A stretch of 64,000 nt of DNA from Macrostomum lignano (Eukaryota): contig NIVC01001446.1 in the NCBI GenBank assembly GCA_002269645.1, forward strand, positions 186,001 through 250,000. Direction: 5' to 3'. A model generated the notes under the pieces. The model was given only the letters and a program-made list of their open reading frames with translations, was not told the DNA's origin and did not search any database. A program made the position numbers and the translations under genes. Shown in pieces: positions 1-19,561 of the stretch; the stretch's first letter is position 1; every line of letters begins with the position of its first letter.

Positions 1-200
1 AGTTAATGAGTGGTTTCATGAGTGAGTTCATGAGTGAGTTCATGAGTGGGTTCATGAGTGAGTTCATGGGTGAGTTCATGAGTGAGTTCATGAGTGAGTT
101 CATGGGTGAGTTAATGAGTGGTTTCATGAGTGAGTTCATGAGTAAGCTCATGGGTGAGTTCATGGGTGAGTTCATGGGTGAGTTCATGGGTTAATGAGTG
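1..200. repeat. 12-mer tandem array (ATGAGTGAGTTC), PLD intron
   Basis: direct periodicity. Confidence 0.95.
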
Positions 201-208
201 AGTGACAC

Positions 209-6804
<6,596 letters not shown>

Positions 6805-7028
6805 GTAGGGAGACAGGGGGCAGTGGCTATAGACCTACACTATTCTAGTACTGTAGTTCGAGGCACTTCTATACAAATATAATTTTGAGCTCCTGATACT
6901 TTTAACGGCAGTAAAAAGAACTCATTGACTAAGTCAGCTGAATTATGCATAAGGTTTAACCATAGACAGTTTTTGGCACAGTAGCCAACTGAGATTGTTG
7001 AAGCTGTTGCGTTGTCGTTTAAGTTTAA

Positions 7029-7700
7029 TATGGCTTTTTGCAGTCCACTTGGGCTTGAGCGCATTGAATCTAATCCAAGATACGTTTGCCAATGTAACGG
7101 AGCTTTTTTCTCTGGTAGCAAGGCTGGCACAGAAGTTGCAGCGTCATTTAGTTCGGTCCAACAAGCATCAATTTGGTCTTCTGCTGCAACTTCTCTTCTT
7201 TCAACTAACTTCAACTTCTCTTTCAACTTCTGCTGCATTTTCTGCAACGTGAACAAAGGGTTTGTCTCAGCTGCATCGAGTAGCAGCTGGACCTGAGGCT
7301 CTTGAGCAACTTGCCTTGGCGATTTGCCACTCTTTCGCATTCAATCTCTGCCGCCAGTGGTTTCAACAAGCTGATGGATGCTGTAAACCATCTTTTCTTT
7401 TACATTCAACAATCTTGCAACCTTGCATTATCCTTTGACCTCTGTCGGATGCTTCGATCACAAGCCAATGGCGTTCGTTCAACAGCCTATGCATGTGGTC
7501 CACAATTCTGGGGCTGATCTTGCTCCTCCACAACAGTTGCAAATGAAGCTATGGACCTAATTGACGCTTGTTGGACCACATTACGAGTAAATGCCGCGGT
7601 GCCAGCCTTGCTACCATAGACAAAAGCTCCGTTACATCGGCAAACGTATCTTGGATTAGAGTCAATGCGCTCAAGCCCAAGTGGACTGCAAAAAGCCATA
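7029..7700. repeat. Inverted-repeat element: arms ~7029-7178 and ~7553-7700, ~370 bp spacer
   Basis: Outer ~102 bp of the arms differ at 4 positions by my alignment; TA at both outer ends. Confidence 0.85.
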
Positions 7701-8456
7701 CTATAGCACACTTGGAACCGTTAACCTATTCTCTCTAACAATTAAATAGTTAGGTACACCTGACCGTCGCTGTTTAATGACAGGAAATCCGGAATCCCAG
7801 TTGTACATATGCAGCCATAGCAACTCTGGGGGTACCATCATTAAACACCGCTAGTCCCTTAAAAGTACAGTCAATCAGCCACTGCATTGGCCATTAAGGC
7901 ACAGTAAGCAGATGTTTTAAGCAGTTGATTTCTTTGGAATTAAAAAAAGAAAATTTAAATCGAGTTTACATTGACAATTAATTGGTAAGCACATTTTTCG
8001 AACTTTATAAAAATCATCACAATATAAAAAATTTCAATATCTTGCAGATTAGGGCAAAAATAGTCTTATATTTGTCAAACAACTGCATCTATCCTGTCCT
8101 GTTTATTGCTTTTTAATAAAAGTGTTTAAACAGTAAAAGCCAGTTTAAGAATGAAGATGTATAAAACAAAAAAAATTGTTTCAAATTATATTGGATTTAA
8201 GTTGTACTTTTAGTGTTAATCCATAACACTGATGGATTTTTATTGATCAATTTGTTTATTTGGTCAGTCAATACAATGTGCAAATTCACAGTTATGTTAG
8301 TGAAAAAATTCAAAAGCAAAAAATTAATTTAAAAAACTGTTTTAAATGTCCAAATTTATTCAATGAAATTTAATATATCCATTTTCTGGCATTGAACACG
8401 ATTCCAGAATAGACTATAGTCAAATACGATAAAAAAGCTTGCAAAAAGTGAATTGC

Positions 8457-9017
8457 TCATCGGCCAAGAATATTCAGCTCATCCTGCTCAGCGTTCTCAT
8501 TCATGCTCTGGTAGGCATGGAGGAGAAAGTTGTTAAAGTCATCTCTAAGCTGATCTCCAGCGCTGGGAATATCCGAAGCCACTGTTCTCACATTTTCGAA
8601 CTTGTCTGACAGCTGAAGGCTGTCCATGTCTGCAGTGTTTGGCTTCTTGTGCGAGATCACGCAGCACTGGGTGTCCTTGATTCCGTGATTTTGAACGAAG
8701 AACTGGTACAGCTGGTCAAGTTCCTCAGATTGCTGAGGCTGGTCCTGGTTGTAGACGAAAACAACTCCATTGACGCTTGAGACTAGTGCTGGCCAGCAAG
8801 ACGCAAACTTCTTGTCGCCGCTGATGTCCCACAATTGCACTTCTATATTGGCTGCCTTGCCTTTAGACTTAACCTCGGTCTCATACTCCACAATGCGACA
8901 AGCTTGAGTTGGACGATATTCTCCACTGCTTTGCTCGATTGCTTCAGAGAGAAAATTCGTCAGATATGTCTTTCCGCAGGCCACAGGCCCAACAACAAGA
9001 AGCTTTAGTCTGTTCAT
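8457..9017 (-). CDS. IFT22: Intraflagellar transport protein 22 (RABL5), single exon, 186 aa
   Basis: KLLVVGPVACGKT P-loop, YRPTQACRIVEYE, LWDISGDKKFASCWPAL, DTQCCVISHKKP and acidic C-terminal EQDELNIL all match the IFT22 family. Confidence 0.95.
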   Translation of the reverse strand: MNRLKLLVVGPVACGKTYLTNFLSEAIEQSSGEYRPTQACRIVEYETEVKSKGKAANIEVQLWDISGDKKFASCWPALVSSVNGVVFVYNQDQPQQSEELDQLYQFFVQNHGIKDTQCCVISHKKPNTADMDSLQLSDKFENVRTVASDIPSAGDQLRDDFNNFLLHAYQSMNENAEQDELNILGR

Positions 9018-9084
9018 GCTGCCAGAGGCGGCTGTATTTCTTGTAAATTTCTCTGGAATTCGATTTTAAAATATCTAGTGCATA

Positions 9085-9098
9085 GTTGCCACGGTAAC
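9085..9098. promoter_or_regulatory. X-box (RFX binding site) upstream of IFT22
   Basis: GTTGCCACGGTAAC fits GTNRCC-N(0-3)-RGYAAC and lies 68 nt upstream of the IFT22 ATG; IFT genes are canonical RFX targets. Confidence 0.8.
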
Positions 9099-9974
9099 GG
9101 ATATAATGTTCTGACCAATTACAAAGCATTTTTGCAGTATTTCAAATTCCAAGTTTCCGAAGAGTTTATTCAATATTGTAGGTAAATTATGCTTTTCCCA
9201 AAAATACATTGTACTCAAACTTGTGATTTCCATAGTGAAGAACGATTTAAACCGGACTCTTAGTGTTTTCACTCTAAATTCAAACTTTTGAATAGGAAAA
9301 CACATTTATTTGAAAAATGTTTGCTACTATCTTTTGATGAATTATTATTTGTAAAAAGTTTAAGTCAGAGTCCAAAGTATTTATTAAGGAAAACAGCTCT
9401 AGCAGCAACAGCTAAATATATCACTCTTTTGTTCATACGTTTTTTTCTAGGATTGGTACCTATTATATTTATCTTAGCATTTTGTGCAGTTTACAGTTTT
9501 TGCAATTTTTTTATTATGCAATACTTATTTTAGGCAAAATATGCATAAAAGTAGTAAGCTTTTGTAATTTTAAGTATTTTACTGAAATTCGCCACAATAA
9601 TGTTTTGAATTTTTCAAAAATTAATGTAGAATGACTTAAGAGGCTTTTATTTTGAGTTTTGATCAAGTCAAAAGAGTAGTATAACTTTAAGAAAACATTA
9701 TGCTATGCTAAATAAAACTTTTCATTGCCTCCAAGAATAGTTTGTCTGTGAAATGCTAGCAAGTTTGAGAAAGAATAGTAAAAAATAATTTTCTTATTAT
9801 CATTACTTTAAATCCATAATTTTTGAAAGCCAAAAGTGGTTTATCAGCATGATGATTTTTATTAGTTTTATTAAATTATGCCAAAAGCAATACCATTCTC
9901 TTTGTTGAATTACAACCCTCTAACCCTGTTTTTTATTATTTTTTAGAATATATTTTTCAATTGGCAATTGCCTC

Positions 9975-10115
9975 ATAAACACAATACTATTTTATAAGTT
10001 CTATCAAATCAATTGTTTCATTTGACATAACAGTTTGATATAACACTGTCTGTCACTGCTTGCTCACATTTCAGCCAGCAGGAGCAAACAAAGGATAAGA
10101 TTAGTTTAACAAACA
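9975..10115 (+). promoter_or_regulatory. Possible forkhead (FOXJ1-like) sites upstream of CAPSL
   Basis: RYAAAYA matches at 9975, 10084 and 10109; short motif in AT-rich DNA, may be chance. Confidence 0.25.
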
Positions 10116-10162
10116 AATTGCACTAAAGCCGGAAAAAACCAAATTAAATACGCAAAAGTACC

Positions 10163-12146
<1,984 letters not shown>

Positions 12147-12289
12147 GAGGAGATCGGGATGGTGAATAGATTCAGAATGAATAGATAAGGGATACATTTA
12201 ATTCTCTTCTTTTGTTAATACTTTGTTAGCAGTATTTCTGCTTCTTTCTCATGCACCCGGGTTCGTTTTCAGGGTAATCCTTGGAGGGA

Positions 12290-12960
12290 GTTTTTGAAGG
12301 AGAATCCTTGTAGGGGAATCCCTGAAGGGAAATCCTTAAAGGGTAATCCCTGAAGGGAAATCCTTAAAGGGTAATCCCTGAAGGGAAATCCTTAAAGGGG
12401 AATCCCTGAAGGGAAATCCTTAAAGGGGAATCCCTGAAGGGAAATCCTTAAAGGGGAATCCCTGAAGGGAAATCCTTAAAGGGGAATCCCTGAAGGGAAA
12501 TCCTTAAAGGAGAATCCTTTGACGCGAATATCGGAAAGGGCAATCATTTAAGGAGATTCCTTGGAGAACTCTTAACGGGGAATCCTTGAGGGGAATCCTT
12601 GGAGGTGAATCCTTGAAAGGGAGCCCTTTGAGGAGAATCATTGAATGGGAATCTTAGATGCGAACCCTTGAAGGAAAATTCTTGGAGGGGAATCCTTCGG
12701 AGGGAATCCTTGGAGGTGGATCTTAGATGAGAATCCTTGAATGAGAATTCTTGGGTGAATCCTTGGAGGTGAATGCTTGATCCTTGGAGGGAATTTTCGA
12801 CTGGGAATCGTTGTAGAGGATTCTTGAAGGGGACTTTTTATGACCCCTTGGAAAGGTTTTCTTTGAAATGAATCTTCGAGGTAATTATTGAACTGGCAAT
12901 CATTGTATGGGAATCCTGGAGGCAAACCTCCCGTGCGGAAACCTTTGAAGGGGAATTCTC
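12290..12960. repeat. Degenerate GGGAATCCTT-based array downstream of the CAPSL stop
   Basis: regular core 12310-12510, decaying distally. Confidence 0.85.
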
Positions 12961-13459
12961 GTGGATCGGAGTCCTTGGTCTGACCTTTTTGCTAACCAAT
13001 TCCAGATGTCAAGTCTTCACGCATTCTCGAGCTTCGGTTCGCACCGGACGTAAAGCATGGCACAACTGTGACGAGACATTCATTTTCCTACTTATAGTAC
13101 TATGTTTCCCCTGCCAAAATTTTATTTATTCTTCTTCCAAACAGTTTTAATATTCTTCCATAGAAATAAGCACGGTTTTGCAAGGGTTTTGTTGTCTATT
13201 TTTTATTAAATATTTCCTCAACGTTGTCGACCCGTCTTCCAGCGTCATATTTTGTGGGTTTTTCCCGTGATTTTGGCGACTTTTTATTTCTATTTTTACG
13301 CTGATGAGCTCTCGTACTTCACATTTCGACTCCAGCACTTGAGACTGCGCACCTAAGCTGGCTTAGAATCTCTGTCTGTCTCTTTCAATTTGACTTCCTT
13401 GAAATTCAATTTTGCACCGCAAAAAGATATTTACAAAACATATCGGTACACTTGATCCC

Positions 13460-13856
13460 ATGGCTACGCGGTGCTGGGGAGAGGGACTCCTTTAGTCAGT
13501 TAGAAACAGGCGAGCTGTGTGCACCCTGGGGCACTTTAAGTGACATAGGCACACAACCGGCGAGAGGCATTACTGCTCATTCCGCCGACTCCCCTGAGCA
13601 AGCACACAAGCGCGCGGATACGTACGCAGTCATACGCACAGGCACTCACTCACACAGGAGTGTACAGCGGCCTTAACTTTAATAGGCATGTACACTTCCC
13701 TATCCTTTGGGGGCTGGCCCTCAAGGGCGTTAATGGCACGAGCAGAGCCAAGCCGAGATTCCAACTCAGCCCCAAATTAATGTGACTGCACTTGGAATCG
13801 AGCCTGGGCCGCTGGTGCATCAGAGCGCCGCGCTAGACCGCTAGGCTACGGCTCCC
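13460..13856 (-). mobile_element. tRNA-derived SINE, family A, copy 1
   Basis: Head GGGAGCCGTAGCCTAGCGG (A box)...GGCTCGATTCC (B box); body 13596-13856 aligns with the copy at 53.3 kb; 3' boundary uncertain. Confidence 0.8.
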
Positions 13857-14329
13857 TGGGTTGAGGGTGACAATTACTCCAATTCTTATTCACAATCGGG
13901 AAGTTAAATAGAAGATCATTTTTCACGAATTACGATTAATGATACTTCTAAAGGTAATCATCCAGTACTTGACAAGCATATGTACTCGTAATATTTTGAT
14001 GCTATAATTTCTTAAACCTGTCCTTTTAATCCATCTGTCTTCCAATGCACAAGAAATCTATTTATGCCATAAACAGCTATCAGATTCGGTTTCCATCAAT
14101 AAATTTTCCGTCCTATTTACATTGCTCTCTTCTGTGTCTGCATCAAAGCAGCCGAGTTCAAAATTAACTTTTGATTACCTACCATGAATAGTTTTCTTTT
14201 AATTATTCCAATCAATAGACACACAGCTTATTGGTAAACATTGTAAAACCAATGAAACTTAAGTGGTTGCCTATCGTCTTCATAAATTTTTCGGGTGCAG
14301 TGAAGGTAGGGTTTGCTATCAGAGTGCTG

Positions 14330-15145
14330 CACTGTGATTGGGTGGCAGATCTGAGCTTCAAAACTCGCCCTGCTGTGATTGGGTGGCAGATCTGAGCTAT
14401 CAAAACTCATCCTGTTGTGATTGGATGGCAGATCTGAGCTATCAAAACTCGCCTTGCTGTGATTGGGTGACAGATCTGAGCTTCAAAACTCGCCCTGCTG
14501 TGATTGGGTGGCAGATCTGAGCTTTCAAAACTCGCCCTGCTGTGATTGGGTGGCAGATCTGAGTTTCAAAACTCGCCCTGCTGTGATTGGGTGGCAGATC
14601 TGAGCTTCAAAACTCGCCCTGCTGTGATTGGGTGGCAGATCTGAGCTTCAAAACTCATCCTGTTGTGATTGGGTGGCAGATCTGAGCTTCAAAACTCACC
14701 TTGCTGTGATTGGGTGGCAGATCTGAGCTTTCAAAACTCACCCAGCTGTGATTGGGTGGCAGATCTGAGCTTTCAAAACTCACCCAGCTGTGATTGGATG
14801 GCAGATCTGAGCTTCAAAACTCACCTTGCTGTGATTGGGTGGCAGATCTGAGCTTCAAAACTCGCCCTGCGCTGTGATTGGGTGGCAGATCTGAGCTTCA
14901 AAACTCGCCCTGCGCTGTGATTGGGTGGCAGATCTGAGCTTCAAAACTCGCCCTGCGCTGTGATTGGGTGGCAGATCTGAGCTTCAAAACTCGCCCTGCG
15001 CTGTGATTGGGTGGCAGATCTGAGCTTCAAAACTCGCCCTGCTGTGATTGGGTGGCAGATCTGAGTTTCAAAACTTGCCCTGCTGTGATTGGGTGGCAGA
15101 TCTGAGCTTTCAAAACTTTTCCTGCTGTGATTGGGTGGCAGATCT
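14330..15145. repeat. 41-mer array (GCTGTGATTGGGTGGCAGATCTGAGCTTCAAAACTCGCCCT)
   Basis: direct periodicity. Confidence 0.96.
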
Positions 15146-15147
15146 CA

Positions 15148-15345
15148 TACGCTGTCACGCACTCGTACACACGCTCACACAGGGTGTACAGTGGTCCTGA
15201 CTATCTAATCATCAGGCATGTACACTCTTTATGCCTTGGTGGTTGGCCCTCATGGCCTGTGAATCGCAGGACAACCACCCTGGCCAATTTTCGTGCACAC
15301 ACAAGCCCCAAATAAATGTGGGGTCGCGTGGCACAATCGAGTCAG
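15148..15345 (-). mobile_element. Diverged family A SINE fragment
   Basis: Shares cacacagg.gtgtacag, aggcatgtacact, tggccctca and agccccaaat with copy 1. Confidence 0.6.
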
Positions 15346-15719
15346 ACGCGTTTAGCGCTGAGTTTGTTTGCCCGTCACAATGCATATAGAGTTCTAACTG
15401 GGCCCGTGGATACTGAGTCAGCATATTGTGCATTTTTGAGCTTTCTCTTAGCAGAATTCCATGGCTGAGCACCTGCCGAATGGAAGAGGACAGCGGCAAG
15501 AGACAGCAGAGGCTGGGGTAAGCGATGCCAGACCTGGGAATGAGGTGCTTGGGCAGTTCTGGGTGCGCGCGGGGGGCTGTGGGTTCGTTTAATATTTAAT
15601 CAGCTCCCCCAGTGCCAATTCAGTGTCCGACTGAGCATTGATTTACTCAGAAACCCGGATTGTCTCAGACTCACCGCAGTCTTGGCTGAGGTGAGACTGC
15701 AGGGTGTGATAATGAGACA

Positions 15720-18582
15720 GTATGGTGAGACTCAATATGGTGACTCAATATGGTGACTCAATATGGTGACTCAATATGGTGACTCAATATGGTGAGACTC
15801 ATGATATGGTGAGACTCAATATGGTGAGACTCAATATGGTGACTCAATATGGTGACTCAATATGGTGAGACTCAATGTGGTGTGACTCATGATATGGTGA
15901 GACTCAATATGGTGAGACTCAATGTGGTGAGACTCATGATATGGTGAGACTCAATATGGTGACTCAATATGGTGACTCAATATGGTGACTCAATATGGTG
16001 AGACTCAATGTGGTGAGACTCATGATATGGTGAGACTCAATATGGTGACTCAATATGGTGACTCAATATGGTGAGACTCAATGTGGTGAGACTCATGATA
16101 TGGTGAGACTCAATATGGTGAGACTCAATGTGGTGAGACTCATGATATGGTGAGACTCAATGTGGTGAGACTCATGATATGGTGAGACTCATGATATGGT
16201 GAGACTCAATATGGTGATACTCAATGTGGTGAGACTCATGATATGGTGAGACTCAATATGGTGAGACTCAATGTGGTGAGACTCATGATATGGTGAGACT
16301 CAATGTGGTGAGACTCATGATATGGTGAGACTCAATATGGTGAGACTCAATGTGGTGAGACTCAATATGGTGAGACTCAATGTGGTGAGACTCATGATAT
16401 GGTGAGACTCATGATATGGTGAGACTCAATATGGTGATACTCAATGTGGTGAGACTCATGATATGGTGAGACTCAATATGGTGAGACTCAATGTGGTGAG
16501 ACTCATGATATGGTGAGACTCATGATATGGTGAGACTCATGATATGGTGAGACTCATGATATGGTGAGACTCATGATATGGTGAGATTTATGATATGGTG
16601 AGACTCAATATGGTGAGACTCAATGTGGTGAGACTCAATGTGATGAGACTCATGATATGGTGAGACTCAATGTGGTGAGACTCATGATATGGTGAGACTC
16701 AATATGGTGAGACTCAATGTGGTGAGACTCATGATATGGTGAGACTCATGATATGGTGAGACTCATGATATGGTGAGACTCATGATATGGTGAGACTCAT
16801 GATATGGTGAGACTCATGATATGGTGAGACTCATGATATGGTGAGACTCATGATATGGTGAGACTCATGATATGGTGAGATTTATGATATGGTGAGACTC
16901 AATATGGTGAGACTCAATGTGGTGAGACTCAATATGGTGAGACTCAATATGGTGAGACTCAATGTGGTGAGACTCAATATGGTGAGACTCAATGTGGTGA
17001 GACTCATGATATGGTGAGACTCATGATATGGTGAGACTCAATATGGTGATACTCAATGTGGTGAGACTCATGATATGGTGAGACTCAATATGGTGAGACT
17101 CAATGTGGTGAGACTCATGATATGGTGAGACTCATGATATGGTGAGACTCAATATGGTGATACTCAATGTGGTGAGACTCATGATATGGTGAGACTCAAT
17201 ATGGTGAGACTCAATGTGGTGAGACTCATGATATGGTGAGACTCATGATATGGTGAGACTCATGATATGGTGAGACTCATGATATGGTGAGACTCATGAT
17301 ATGGTGAGACTCATGATATGGTGAGATTTATGATATGGTGAGACTCAATATGGTGAGACTCAATGTGGTGAGACTCAATATGGTGAGACTCAATATGGTG
17401 AGACTCAATGTGATGAGACTCATGATATGGTGAGACTCAATGTGGTGAGACTCATGATATGGTGAGACTCAATATGGTGAGACTCAATGTGGTGAGACTC
17501 ATGATATGGTGAGACTCATGATATGGTGAGACTCATGATATGGTGAGACTCATGATATGGTGAGACTCATGATATGGTGAGATTTATGATATGGTGAGAC
17601 TCAATATGGTGAGACTCAATGTGGTGAGACTCAATATGGTGAGACTCAATATGGTGAGACTCAATGTGATGAGACTCATGATATGGTGAGACTCAATGTG
17701 GTGAGACTCATGATATGGTGAGACTCATGATATGGTGAGACTCAATATGGTGAGACTCAATGTGGTGAGACTCAATATGGTGAGACTCAATGTGATGAGA
17801 CTCATGATATGGTGAGACTCATGATATGGTGAGACTCATGATATGGTGAGACTCAATATGGTGAGACTCATGATATGGTGAGACTCAATATGGTGAGACT
17901 CATGATATGGTGAGACTCAATATGGTGAGACTCAATGTGGTGAGACTCAATATGGTGAGACTCAATGTGGTGAGACTCATGATATGGTGAGACTCATGAT
18001 ATGGTGAGACTCAATATGGTGATACTCAATGTGGTGAGACTCATGATATGGTGAGACTCAATATGGTGAGACTCAATGTGGTGAGACTCATGATATGGTG
18101 AGACTCAATGTGATGAGACTCATGATATGGTGAGACTCAATGTGGTGAGACTCATGATATGGTGAGACTCATGATATGGTGAGACTCAATATGGTGAGAC
18201 TCAATGTGGTGAGACTCAATATGGTGAGACTCAATGTGATGAGACTCATGATATGGTGAGACTCATGATATGGTGAGACTCATGATATGGTGAGACTCAA
18301 TATGGTGAGACTCATGATATGGTGAGACTCAATATGGTGAGACTCATGATATGGTGAGACTCAATATGGTGAGACTCAATGTGGTAAGACTCAATATGGT
18401 GAGACTCATGATATGGTGAGACTCAATATGGTGAGACTCAATGTGGTGAGACTCATGATATGGTGAGACTCATGATATGGTGAGACTCAATATGGTGAGA
18501 CTCATGATATGGTGAGACTCAATATGGTGAGACTCATGATATGGTGAGACTCAATATGGTGAGACTCAATGTGGTGAGACTC
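15720..18582. repeat. 2.9 kb mixed 13/15/17-mer array (ATGGTGAGACTCAAT / ATGGTGAGACTCATGAT)
   Basis: direct periodicity with interspersed variants. Confidence 0.98.
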
Positions 18583-19134
18583 ATTACCCAACTGTTTATC
18601 TACCATGTACAAAAATGTCAATAAAAAATAATTCTTCAATAGTGATGTCATGCTGTTCTCAAGCAAGTGTATGTATTTAATGCAATAAATAGTACGTACA
18701 GATATATAAGAAAATTTATAATTATCGTTTTTAACAAATAAAACCTCCTAAAGCGGTATTAAAATGACGCTTGCAATTTTTTCGGGTATTGACAAGCCTA
18801 GCAGAGTAAGAAATTTATAATAGCAAATTACAACAGTTACTAAAAGGTGGTGAAAATGTGGGCAGTTGTACTTTGAAAACAATGTGCGAGCCAAGTTATG
18901 CAGCTCGAAGGGAGTCTAGCAAATACTGTTGGTTGCATTGAATGTCGGAGTTTGAATTCGGGCGGGTGACCAGAGTGTTAATCGCATGGTAAAAATATCA
19001 CCTGTTTCACCTTTCACCCTAGTCGGTAACGAGTTTCAATTGGAATACAAGCATAATTAGTTTCCTACTAACAGAATCGGAGACTTGCCAACAATCTTGG
19101 GATTGCAGAGCTGTTCAAGGAGTCTCAAACTGAT

Positions 19135-19500
19135 CGACTACTCGTATCTGAGATCCCCTACTTGTATCTGAGATCCCCTACTTGTATCTGAGATCCCCTA
19201 CTTGTGCTTGAGATCCCCTACTTGTATCTGAGATCCCCTACTTGTATCTGAGATCCCCTACTCGTGTCTGAGATCCCCTACTTGTGCTTGAGACCCCCTA
19301 CTTGTGCTTGAGATCCCCTACTGTGTCTGAGATCCCCTACTCGTGTCTGAGATCCCCTACTTGTGCTTGAGACCCCCTACTTGTGCTTGAGATCCCCTAC
19401 TGTGTCTGAGATCCCCTACTCGTTTCTGAGATCCCCTACTTGTGCTTGAGACTCCCTACTTGTGTCTGAGATCCCCTATTTGTGTCTGAGATCCCCAAGC
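19135..19500. repeat. 20-mer array (CTGAGATCCCCTACTTGTAT) downstream of the VGAT stop
   Basis: direct periodicity. Confidence 0.95.
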
Positions 19501-19561
19501 ATTGAGTTTCAGAGATCCCTGAATCGGGTCTCTCCCAGCAGTCTCAGAAGTCCCCATCAGT

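Noticed and set aside
15661-15700. 22-nt stretch with acceptor and donor look-alikes on both strands at the edge of the large array
   Set aside because: No partner exons found; explained by the GGTGAG/CTCACC words that seed the array.
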